Shown here: positions 39,311-51,795 of the stretch, piece after piece
Numbering within the stretch: the stretch's first letter is position 1
How the letters are laid out: each line of letters opens with the position of its first letter
From: Marsupella aquatica
Lineage: Eukaryota; Plantae; Marchantiophyta
Direction: 5' to 3'
Length of the DNA stretch: 64,000 bases
Assembly: GCA_973895155.1 (NCBI GenBank)
Contig: OZ316898.1
Coordinates: forward strand, 14,662,330 to 14,726,329
Translations under genes and position numbers: made by a program
Notes under the pieces: generated by a model
Database searches by the model: none
What the model was told of the DNA's origin: nothing
What the model saw: the letters and a program-made list of their open reading frames with translations, nothing else

Positions 39311-40791
39311 GAACTCAACTACCTTAACACTTAGCTCCGGCGTCGCTTACTCCGACGCCGAGCTCCCTTATGGTCCAGGCCCGGATAGGCCATCCAGGGA
39401 GGACTTAGCATGGGGAGACTTGTGGGCAATGAGACGTGGCACTGGCGAGGCAAGGGGCCAAGCTGGGGACACACACTAAGGACTTGGACTAGCCTATGGC
39501 TGGTCGGGTCAAGGGGAAATGGACCGGGCTCAAGGATGGCCGTCCGGACCGTCGGACGGACTTTGAGTTGTGAGGGCTGGGGAGTGAGCTCCTCTTGGGC
39601 CCAAGGCCAATGGAGTTGACGCCATTGGCAACGGACGCTTGGGGCGCAAGTTGTGGCCCGATCCGGGTTGGGCCGGTCGGGGGCCCCGAGCGGCGATCAG
39701 ACCTGAGGGCCTAGTCATGAGCACTGGGTCGGCCCGGTCACAACGGGCTAAGGCACTCCGCTTGCGGATGCCTATCGAGAAAGTTATGGGGGTTGCCAGT
39801 TGGTGGCGCGCCCTTTATGCGTGATGGGATCCGGGTTGGGGGCCAAATGTTTAGGGACCAAAGCTGGTCCGGGGGTGGCAGGTCTCCAGAAGCATATATG
39901 AGGGGAGTGGTGTCTCCCTAGGGGCTAAGGCCGAGCCGAAGTCGTGAGCCGCAGCGGTCGCGACACTAAGGGAAACCGTCAAACGGAAATGACGATATCT
40001 TCCCAACGGGAAGTCCGTTGGAGGACTTCTTGAGTGCGTTGGAAATCTCTTGATCAGGGCTACGTCCTCCTGAGCTCAGCTGGGTCTGGGGGTGCCGTGG
40101 GTTCTTGTGGTTTGTGGGTGTTAGCTCGCCCGCTTGCCAAATCCTGTCGAACAGCAGCCAAGCCGCGTTCAGTCTCCCAAGGGAGCTTGCGTTGGGGAGG
40201 CAAGGCCAAGTAGGTGTGGAGGATGAGTTCCAAGCGAGCTCGGCCCCTAGACCACCAGTGGGGAAAACCAGGAGCGGTTGCTAGAGTCGGGGCCGTTCTG
40301 GTCCCGGCGTGTTGGGACAAGCTTAGGACAAGCTTTGGGACAAGCTACGCTATTTGGGCCATGAGCATGTCCTGAGGTCAGGGCAGTCAGTTGGTGATGG
40401 ATAGGTACGAGGGGGAACCCGGGCCGCGCCCAAGAGAGGAGCTGTCCTGGACGGACAGTGGGCGTGGGTTCTGGTTCCGGCTTATGGTGATGGGGAGGAC
40501 CTATCGCTGACCTATTTACCAACGTCTGTTGAGATTGAGTTAGGATTCTAGATGTGGCGAGTTCTAGATCCGGAGGGGTTACTTACCGAGGTGCTTGGTT
40601 GCTTGTGCAGACAATGATGACCGTTGAGTAGCAGTCGTGTAGGTGAGCAAGTGCGGCTTCGTATGGGAGGGGCCGCAGGTGGTGCTAGAGGCACTTGGAT
40701 GCTTGCTCGAGGTATTCCGTGGAGGCGTTCGGGCGTTAGGCGCAAAGTGCCGGGATTGGTGAGGGCGCTGGGTGGCTCGGTCCACCACTCA
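39311..40791. repeat. ~1.45-kb dispersed GC-rich repeat, copy 2
   Basis: Near-identical to 14960-16382; terminal hairpin GGCGTCG-N-CGACGCC. Confidence 0.85.
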
Positions 40792-43700
40792 TGTGATGTG
40801 ACATTTAATAGGTGGAAGTCACCCTCCGAGCTCAAATTTAAATTTGATCTTTTGGATGGACACAAATGAAATGTGGAGCAATCCATGTCACATTTTGGTC
40901 ATTTTTGAATAATCTGAGAATTTGGGCATGGAACCAAGTCCTCTAGGTGGAGAAAGTGGAAATCCTTAGTTGTTGGTACCCCTCTAGCTTGCTGTTGTCC
41001 ACTATGCCACAAAAGATAGATAATATAGTAAGTCGTAGTTGTTAGCAAGGACCCTGGCCCCCAGCTTATGTAATTAACAAAAGAAAATATATATTTTAAA
41101 AATTCCAAAAATTAATTATTGTTAACATATTCAACTTTTGGGTTTGTACACAAGACGTAGATCACTCTCTAAGATACAAGTCCCCCGGTCAACATGAGAT
41201 GGGACAGATTAGTGGCAAAACACCCACCAAAACTTTTAATGAAATGTGACATCGTACTAGTAGAATTGTATCTTGCTCTTGGATAACTGCAAGGAATCTT
41301 GTTCTTCCCTTTTTTTCCCTAAAAAACCCTAAACTGTTGTAACTCATACTTGAGTTAAGTCTACCTTTGGGATAACTACCTATGTAACTACCCTAACTAC
41401 TTAGGCCGTAGCCACATGTACATATTCTACCAAGAGTAAAGATGGAACTAACTCTTTGTCTCATTTCTCCCACAACACGTTATCAGCACGAGCCTAAGAC
41501 TGGCTGAATTTTTTTTAGGCCATGACTGATTCACTCTAAGATGAAGAAAGAAGGAAAAGATGTGATTCGAATGTGCCAAAGTTTTTTTTGCGAGAGCTAC
41601 TTGAAGCGCTGCACGAGCAATTCTTCTTTGGGAGCAAGGCCAAGGAAGAATTGATCCCGGCTATGGTGAATTGAATATCAAGGCGCCATCTTATTCGGTG
41701 CACGCTTTTCAAGTCGGTACAGCAGTAAGGCAATAGCAACAGTCAGTCAGAGCCAGTGTTGTTGACGCGAGCACGAATCTGGAAACGAGTCAGTGATTGG
41801 AACTCCAGCCATTCGAGGAGTCGGAAGTTGGTGGCCAAGGCATTTTCTCATTTACTGGCGAGCAAGCCTCTCACACCAACTACATCTCTGATTGATAAGA
41901 TTTCTAGCTGGTCATGAGCACACAACAGATTGGAGTACGACAATCTACTCTGTTTCCTGTGTTTGCTTCCAGTTCTACTCGAGTCTACCGCTGGAGGCAT
42001 TCGCAATGAACGAAAGCAACATAGGATGCATTGCGTAAGGACACTGCAAGTGAAAGATCGAGGCGATAAGGGAAGAAACTGAAAACGCTCGGGAAGAGAA
42101 GAAGAAGAGAGATCGAACGAGAGAGCACTCTTAAGAAAATTGGACATAGACATTCATCAAACATTCGAGAGGAATTGATAAGGACAGCAAGAACAGAAAC
42201 GCAAATCAATATCATCACATAAGAGAACCGATCCAAGGCGCAGATCACAGCCTCAATTCCATAAGGAACTCGTAAGGATAGCAGGAGATAAAGAAAGGCT
42301 CCCTGGACTTCAAGCCTGCGATTGGAACCATCGAGGAACGCGATTCTATTTTCTTGAAGTAGGCATGGGCCCAGCAGAAGCAACAGACGCATGCTACTCC
42401 ACTATTCCTTGCAGAACTATGCTCCCTTCTACGTTCACGCGCACGGTCTATGAGCTTTCGGATTCAACCATGCCGTCAACGTACCAAAGTTTCTACTGCA
42501 AAAACTGCCCTGTCCGATAATCCTTCATGATAGTACCATACAGAGCATCATCCCAATCTCGCGTCACTTGAGAATTATTCCCTTACGCCTTCCCTAACCC
42601 CAGGGTAGCTAACAAGCTTTCGAGCACGTTCCACGCCCGTATCTTGGGAATCTGAGAAGCTCAGACAGTTGAGATGCAGATGGAACTCCATATCGTTTTG
42701 GTCGAATCCAGACTATCAACTCCCTTTGAAGCAGAAGAACATGGCCACTTTACTAGATTGAATTATCTAATCTTTGACATGGATGTATTCGAAGATCTGA
42801 ATACATCCATTAGTCTCGGCCAAATGGCTCCCTGCAAATCGACGACCTCGACGACTGATTGCTTGAAGTTTTCTGCTGGTGGAGGTCACCATCCACACAT
42901 TTGATCTTTATGCCCTCGATTTTCGTCTCCTATCACCAATGAGCATCGTTTGGAGCTCAGAAATAGTGACAAGGCCGATTACCTGAAGGACCCAAACGAG
43001 ATCTGCGTTCATGGAGATCTGCGTTTTTGGAATGAGTCATCAGACCTCCTATTTCCAGTCCGTGAAGGCGACCTCATACGGAAGATTGATTCATAAGGAA
43101 CACCCATACGCCTAATTCCCAATTGAAAAGATAGGAAGAGAGAAGACGCTACAGAAATCGAACGCGGATCGTGAGCAAGGCAGGCAGCATTGCGAACATA
43201 TAAAGACAGTCCATGATCGAACGCGAAGGGAGAAACTGAAAACTTCAAAGGAAAGAATGCGAGACAGAGGAGAAACAATAAGCACCGAAGGCAAGGAGGA
43301 TAAATCCAAGAACATTGAAGGAAGCACAAACCCGAAAAACCAAAGATAGAACGTGAGGAACGCCAGGAGAGAGAAGGACGTCCAGTGCAGACGGAGATCG
43401 TGGTACAAGCTAAAGACGAGACGCCGGGCAAAGGAGGCAAACAAAGAGAAGCCATCAAACCAAAGGAAAGTCCACCACCTTTTTCTTCTAAGAAGACCAT
43501 TTTACACTAAGGAATGGAGAACTAAAGAACAAAGAGACTTTCTCTTCAAAAGGAAAGAAAAACCAAACAACAAGACATGAAGTAAGGACATAAAGAAAGA
43601 AGCTAAGGTACAGAATCTACATGGAGACAAATGATGACTGAAAACAAAAAAAAAACATTTCAGCTCTAGTTATTAAAGCCAACTGCAACAAGGTTGATTT

Positions 43701-46700
43701 GTATTAACATTCACAAGAACACTCCATGCCATGCCAAAACGATTTAAGGCACCTACGAAAACACTTATTGAAAATGTTAATGATGGTTATTTCCACCAAT
43801 TAATTTCATAAATTCAGGGGGAGATATTTTTCCCAGGGGTGCCTACTGCACATAACAGCTCCGTGCCTACTGCATATAGAAACAAATGGGTGCCTACTGT
43901 ACACCCAGGCAAAAAGGACATATATTTGACAAATTGAGGGGGAGACCTCAAGTAAGACTTGACATCAAGCAATGTAACCCATGGGATGTGCCTATTGCAC
44001 AAGTGCCTTTCGCATCAATGAATACCTAAAAATGGAACTCTATTCCATGCATATGGCAAATCATGAAATCTAAGGAATTTTTATAAATGATTGAACATGG
44101 TGTCACTAGTAGAAATACCCCCTATTTTTTACCAAACCACTATTGACTACTGTGACAAGGTTATGGAAGTTTAGGGTGTTATCACTACATATGTCTTAAG
44201 TATCACTTCCACAAAGTTTCCACTCATTTGTTGCGACTCCTTTGCGATGTTGACTTTACCTACTCTTTTCAATCACTCATTCTTCAAGGTGCAAGGGACA
44301 TTGTTCATGGTTCAAGGTTGTCCATGCACCTTTGAAGTTGGATGGGGGATACCACTTAATTACAACATCCCATCATAAGGAAAATGGCAGGTCCACTATC
44401 TAAGCTGATTGTCTTAGTTTAGGGTTCTTATGTGAGTGAGTGCTACTCACCAATTGCCAAACATTCAAGCTTTTTATGTGAGAAAGCTTCAAATAGTAGA
44501 GGTACCCCCTTACATGAGCCCCTTACATGTCACTGGCTGAGTACCTTAGTACTCTCCACCGTTGTGCAGTACCCCCTTACATGAGCCCCTTACATGTCAC
44601 TGGCTGAGAACCTTAGTACTCTCCACCCTTGTGCGCGGGAGCAAATGTAGGGTCTTCGTCCGCAAAGAGGGTTTACAAAGGGGAGGGGAGGTGGAGCGAA
44701 TGAGGCGACTCATTGAGAGGGGCGATCGATAGTCGATCAATCAAGGAGGGAACGAAGGTTTATGGAGAAACAATGGGATTCTTAGTGTGCAGTGAGTCGG
44801 GCTCTCTGTGATTTCAGGGAGGAGGAAGGGTTTGACACCACACTTGAAGCGACCTGACCACATTCAATCGGGTGCTGGGTGCGTTTGCGAGTGCTCCCTG
44901 AAGGCATTGCGGGGGCATTGCGGGAAATTTTAGGGTCGGACGCCAAGTTCGTGGTGCGGGGGTCCGTCTTCCTCCATTAGCTTTGTAAGTCTTTACCTCT
45001 TTGCCTTGCATAGCATTGGGAGATGAGAGGAGAGGAAGTGCTTCTTGCTCTTGTGGTCGAAGACTCTCTGTGATTGAAGGGAGGAGGAAGGGTTTAGGGC
45101 CACACTTGAAGCGCAACGTGACCACATTCACCCAGGTGCTAAGTGCGTCCATCTTCCGCCATTTGCTTGTTGGGTTGTTCTTCGGTCAAGAGGAGAACGA
45201 GCTAGAACAAAAACGCGCTGCGACATTGGAGCGGGCGACATTGGAAGTGCCGGGTTTAGGGTGTCAACTTGTTTTCAAGACCGCTGATCTCTGGTGTGGT
45301 GTTGGGTGCGGCTGGTGTTCAGGCAGAGGTGAGAGGTCCCGTGCGACGCACTGTGGTGCTTCATTGTGCTGTTTGTACTCTGTTTGTTCATCTTAATTCT
45401 GGAAAATTAATGACAGCAAAAACTATGGTTCATATATAGAAGGTTGTCCCTATTCGAGACCTCTCTTGCTGAATTCTCACCTCACTCTCTCTCGCCCTCT
45501 CTCTCGGTCTCGCTCTTCCATCGTGTCTCGCTCTTCCATTGTGTCCACTCTCTGTTGCAAATTTCTCTCTCTCGCGATCCTCAAGTACGTGTCATCGTCT
45601 CTCCCTCTCTTATGCATGCCCATCACTATAGCAATCTCATGTCGGGGTCGGCGTCGAACTTGGATTTCACTATGGAAATGTAGATGGGATCACAATATAT
45701 TGTTGGCACTTTCATTCTGCTTCGGCTTGAATTGCTCTAATCTTATACACTAGTATTCTAGTGTGCAGAAGTGTTGTGCAGAACTAAGGTGGGGTGCGGG
45801 GGGTTTTTCTTTGCCTTTGCTGAGCTGTGATTTCAACTCAATGGTCCTGTCCTTAGTCGCTTAGTGCTTATTTGTGTCTTGCAACAACTTTTCAGACCTG
45901 CGCGCCTGCAATGCTTGTACTTTCAGAATCGCAGACTTTAGAGTATACTCTTGTACTGTCAATGACTAAATTAGAAGTTATTACGCGCGCCTACATGCTT
46001 CACTTGTGTCTTTGGAGGCTTTCGGATTAGAGGTTGCACAAAGCATGGATGTCATAGCCCTAAACTTCAAATTTTCCTGCATGCAATTCTACCTCTACAT
46101 TCATGTTTCGGCAACAGGAAGAACGCAAAGGGAGCAGGTCACTCTTCCATTGACTACTTTGCCACTGTATGTATTCAATGTACAGGACATTAGTCAAATG
46201 TGATACTCTATAATGTACTCCTCCACGAACAACTAATGAGCCACATAACTGATGAGCCACACTCTGTCTGTGGCACTTGCAGATCATTTTTCCACCTGTT
46301 CGAGAGCTTTCTCTTTTGCCAAGCTAGGCACAAAGAAATCATTCCAGGGTTTTGTCAACTCCTGAGGTCTGTAATCACTCAGAGCCCTCTACATTGTCAT
46401 TGCTTTGTCTTCACTGGTGGTCTCAGGGTCGAGCGTTTGTGCTGCTTATCCTCAAGTATGTACAGAAATCTCTCCCTCTCTTATGCATGCCCATCACTAT
46501 ATCAATCTCAGGTCGGGGCCAGGGTCAAGCCAGGATTTCACTATGGAAGTGTAGACTGGATTTGGGTTATTTGATTGGATTTTATGTATGGGGTGTCGAT
46601 TGTATTCTACTGGCCTTCTTGCTGTGCTGAGCAATGTCCTGCTGTGGACTTTTGAATTCTTCTACTGGTTCCCCTTATTTTCGTGGCCCCCAAAATTTAT

Positions 46701-46964
46701 AAAAATTAATGTGTGAAAATGCTAGCCCAACAATTGCCCACCTTTAATGGCAAAAATCGTTCAGTAATTGCCTGTGTACAATCTCAGAGTCCTAAACTTA
46801 AAATTTCCTCCATGCACACAACCCGTCTTGAATTGAGAACTTGAAATTACAGTTTCTCAAATCTTTGGTATTAATTCATAGTTTTAGTTTCTCATTCTTT
46901 GCATGCTTCACTACGTCACTGACTCTGGCCATATATTGTGTTGTTTTCTATCGGGGTAGAAGTC

Positions 46965-49558
46965 ATGGCTCGTCCAAAACAGTCAGCACACAGAGGCAGA
47001 TCACAGGTGAGGCACGATTCCATGAGTAGACATCATCATTGGTCCAATGCACAAATTCATCAGAAAGCCGCTCATGTCTGTGCCATTTGTGACGATGGAG
47101 GTGACCTGGTCATGTGTGATGGCCCCTGCCTGAGACAATTCCATGTCAATTCCTGGTCCACTTATGCACCACAAAATGCATGCCCTGGGGTTGGGCTCCG
47201 GGGGGACCATCAGGGTGCTTGGACTTGCTTTGATTGTGCCACTAATATCAGCAAGTGTGCTCAATGTGGCACAAACGGCACTGTTGAGGGGGATCAACCA
47301 GAGCTGCGGAAATGTCCTGACAGGTTTTGTGTTCATTTTTTTTGTTTGACATGCCTGCCCCATGATAACTCCCTTTGCCCACTACATATTTGTCCTGCTT
47401 GTGGGGAGCCTGATGATGACTACTGGATAGACATGGTCCATTGTCCCAGATGTCCCACAGCCTGGCACCATGAGTGTTTACTAGCCCTTCAGACAGAAGG
47501 GTATGCATGTGACCGCCAAATTTATTCCCACTCTGCACACGGGGTTGATAGGTGGTTTTTGTATTGCCACCTCCATACGATTGTAGTTTGCCATAGAGAA
47601 CCAAAAATCACATTTTAAAGTCTCCAAACTCGGTATTCGTTCCCTTTAAGAACAAGATGGGGTTGGTTTGATGTAATAAACTAAAAACAAAGTTTTAAGC
47701 TCTTGTGTCACACATAGTAATCAATCTTGACTACTTTAATCAGGTACTTTGAAGATCGCTCCACAGCGGTGAGTAGTTTTTGATGATAACTCAACATCAG
47801 ATAACCTTCAATTAAGCAAAAGATTGCAATTAACAAAACACAAGGAAAAATCTCTCAGAGTATGCTTAAGGGAGTCTGGAATAGACCAAGGTTACTCCTT
47901 AGACATAAGTAATAATGGAATGACTTTAAGGAAATTCAAATCCACACGGCTTTTCAGATCTAAACTGCATACTAGAGTATCCTTTTAAAATGCCGGCAAC
48001 ATGTCTTGACCTTTCTTCCTAAGTGATACTTAGTCAAGATCTAAAAGGATAAATACTTCAGCATTTAGATGGTACTAAGCAACATGAAGGTGAAAACATC
48101 ATTTCCAATGTAACTTAAACTCAATGAGTTAACTCTAAGAACTTGTGAGATTACAATGTGTCACCAAAGCGGAATCTGACATTATAATTCACGAGATTCA
48201 TAACTGAGGTTTTACTTCAAGTATTTGGGTTCCAAAATACAAGAAGGAGGTAAGTCTCTCCAATTATTAAGTCTGATTTAGAACTCGTAGGTTCAGAATC
48301 AATAGACTTAACAAAAGGGAGGCAAAAATGCAGAACTTAACCATCTCTCTACACTAGGGGAAGAGGTATAAATAGTGATGAACTACAGAATAAGAGGTCA
48401 CAGGGTCGAAGAGACATGCCTCTTCATAACCCTCAAAAAGTCAAAACGACGATTCAATAAGTGGAAAGCCGGAAAAAATGGCTAAGTATGAACTCTTAAA
48501 CTCTTAAAAACTTAAACTCTTAAAAACGTAAAAACTTAAACTCTTAAAAACGTAAAAACTTAAACTCTTAAACTCTTAATTTCGGTATACTAAAAATTGA
48601 GTAGATTCAACTATTTTTAACTTTCTACTCCTGGTTCGGAAAACTCTGAAATTTTTCCAGTAGGGTTTCCTAGGTACAGACTACAGCCTAAAGAAGTCTC
48701 ATAGCTTTTAAAGCTCTACAACACATTTAGAAAAATTGGTAAAAGTACTATACTTTTCAATACTAGCTAAAAAGATAGTCTCCTTCAAGCTTGTTGTCGA
48801 ATATCATCGGGTTCTAGTAACTCCACAAGGGTAACAATTCGGTTCTGGGTAACCTCTATCAGCTTAGCTTGGCGTGGGGATCCTCTGGAGTATGGTAGGC
48901 ACCTCAGTTGTCTCTCAGGATACATCAAAGGCATTCGCTTCATCAAATAACAGGAATCTATACGAAGAGCTTCTCTGTATATCCCTAGTACATCATAGTT
49001 GTTGCAGGTGGCAGCATATACTTGGGGATAGTGATGCAGAAACTCATCACTATTCATCATCCTAGAATAGAAGGGTCGAAGTCTCCATTTGACATCTCTG
49101 AAATACCGGTTGAAGCTGGGCAGAGTTTGAGAGGTAAGGTGGAAGAGAAGTCAGTAATGAGCGCCTATGTCTTGCATTCCTTCCCTTTCAAGGTGAGCTC
49201 TTCATCCGTTGTGGAGTCCCGTTGAACTAGTTGTAAGATGTCACGATCACAGAGTCGCCAAATCTTAAGGTGTAACTCGTAAAGCAGTGAACTAGTAAAC
49301 TCGTAAACTGAGTTTACTCGTAACTTAGGAACTTAGTAACTTTGAATGCTGTTTTAGTTACAGTTAGCAATAATTGCAGTCTAAACACCGTAAAAAATTT
49401 AAAAATTTTCAGTTTCTTCATGCTTTTGGAATTACCCACTACTTACAACGATTGACCCTCATTTGCAGACCCCTGCGAGAGACCACTTGACTTGGCTATT
49501 GCTGGATGACACCTCCAGCGCCAGCAACAAAACAAGTGGATCAGCACCAACAGGCTAA
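46965..49558 (+). CDS. CACTA cargo: EDM2-like composite PHD-finger protein with H3-tail-like N-terminus; 3' end split by a solo LTR (reconstructed 240 aa)
   Basis: VCAICDDGGDLVMCDGPCLRQFH...CPLHICPAC...CPRCPTAWHHECL...LYCHLH, then TIDPHLQTPARDHLTW after joining 47581 to 49453. Matches the EDM2 PHD cassette, including its terminal HEID..LxTPxRDH motif. Confidence 0.88.
47582..49447. mobile_element. Solo LTR, 1866 bp
   Basis: TGTA...TACA termini with 5-bp TSD ACGAT (47577-47581, 49448-49452). Removal restores the PHD reading frame. Confidence 0.9.
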
Positions 49559-50460
49559 GCTAAATGAATCCAACATTGCACATCTCACATTTTGGACTTT
49601 TTAATGAAGTGGGCACCTCACTGCGCTGTCAACCATAGCTCAGACACACCCCGCTACAGTGAGCTATCGATCGACTTTGTGACTGCATAGTAAATTTGGA
49701 TCTTGCTTTTTCAGTTCAGCCATACATGGTTCTGTCCTTATACTTTCGTACACGATGACACCTCCAAAACTAACTAAGTTAACTTATTTTTTGAAGACTG
49801 ATTAAGTTAATTGCAATTTCAAAGTTAGGGCCTGCACAAGGATTCTGTGTTTTTTCCACTTTGAGTGAATCATGTGTATGGCAAGAGACCATAACTGTGA
49901 AAGACTAAAGATTCCAAGCAGACTGTTGCCTGGAGTAAAACAACATGCATGCATTGGAGTATGAAAATACATATATAGCTCAAATTATGTATTTGTTTCT
50001 GCTCTTAACAAAGGTCATCTTAAGTCGTGTGCCTGACCCATATATTTGTACAATTACAGATGTGACTGGAAATTGGGCAGTTGAATGATATCATTCTCAG
50101 TCCCCGCCACTGTCACGTAAGATACAGGTATTCGAATGTGAATTCAGGCTATATGCAGACAAGACAATATAAAGGGCCACATGTATGCTATGTGTATACT
50201 GAAGTAGGCTGTCGCTCTACTTTCATCAATATAATTACATGAACACATGGTGAAAATAATTTGACTGAAGAGTATATGGTTTGTCCTATAACTCCGTGCT
50301 GGGATTTACTGCATGTATTGACTTTCGATCTTGTCATGTGTGCCACAATCAGGGAGCTAGAGTGCACTTTGTGTCATCAGAGAGCATTGGGCTGAAGCAT
50401 TGAGGGACAGGCAACGCGGGCACTGGTATTTCTCTATTGGCTTTTATTACAGGAGGCATC

Positions 50461-51387
50461 ATGCCTTCCAAACGGAAGCGTGAACTTGTCCCCCTTCCAA
50501 CTTCCCAGTGTGCTCCCATCTTCCAAGGGGTCAGAGTCTTTTTTGTCCCAGGTATTCAGAGTGCAAGATTGGATATCCTTAGGAGAAAACTCATTGAGTG
50601 TCACGGTACAGAGACACAATCTCAACTACAGGACACTGAAGTCACCCATATTATTGCAGAAACATGGGAACATTGTCTGAAAATGGCATCTTGGTCGGTT
50701 TTCTATGACAAAGTCTTCTTGAGGCATGTCGAAATACTTTCAGCAGAATGGATGTCTGACTCCCTTAGAAAAGGGAGTGTCCAAGATCCTGATGATTACA
50801 ATTTGTTTGAGAGCAAGTACAATAGCGTCCAAATGATGAAAGACAGTCGAGATTGGCACAAGGCTCGTAGAATTGCAGGGAGAGGTGGGAGTAGGGTTCC
50901 GTCTATTGACCAGATCACAAAAGTATACAACAACATTATCCCATATGAGACAGAACCCATCCCAGACCGTACCATGTTCAGAGGTGTGAGGGCTGTTATA
51001 CTTGACAAGTCTATCAAGCCATATAGGGTCTGTCGTTTCAAGAGGGAGATCAGTAGAAGAGGTGGTACAATGATTGAGAAGCTCACTAATGAGACCACCC
51101 ATCTCATTGCTCATTCATATTCTAAGGCATGCCGAGAGTATGGAAAGTCCACAGTATGATGGCTCATCACACATGGGCTGCATGTGGTCTGCCCTGAATG
51201 GGTCAGGCAGTCACTTTCAACAAATATGCGATTAAATGAGCATAAATATGATTTATATGAAATATGGCCAGCAAAGCCATTCATTCCCTATGACGACCCA
51301 GAATATGTTACTTCTGAGTTCCAGACCACGGATGAAGAGTTTTCTGATAGTGCGTATGATTCTGTTAGCCCTAATGATTATGAATAA
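50461..51387 (+). pseudogene. CACTA cargo: tandem BRCT-domain protein (Pol lambda-like BRCT) with one in-frame TGA at 51157-51159
   Basis: BRCT1: IFQGVRVFF..GIQSARLDILRRKL...VTHIIA...ILSAEWMSDSL...Y. BRCT2: MFRGVRAVI...GG...TTHLIA...*...VVCPEWVRQSL...Y. N-terminal KRKR and an acidic tail. Confidence 0.82.
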
Positions 51388-51795
51388 GGTCTCAACTGTC
51401 TGTATGCTAGACGGTTACATTTTTGAAATAAACTTTTGTGTGTTATTTTTTGTCTACAAGACATTACTCCTTTTCATCCTCCAAATGTCTTGGTTTTGCA
51501 TGTGGAGATGTATGGCAGTGTATGATGTACGTTGTACCATTGACTGGTCAACGACCAAGCACTTCACTGATTATAGCAAGTCTGTTATGATGTTGCTGCC
51601 TGCAGTGAGCAGATGATACGTGAGCAGGTCGGGCGCCAGCACAGAGCGGACTTGATAGTGAGTGTGTTTAGCGTCTATGATATTTCCTTCATGAAACTTG
51701 CATGTGTCCCCTCCATGTACTTAGAATATGCAATTGTATAAGCCTGTCTAGTGCAAAGGGTACATAGCCAAGGGGTGCCTACAACAGCTGAAGGT

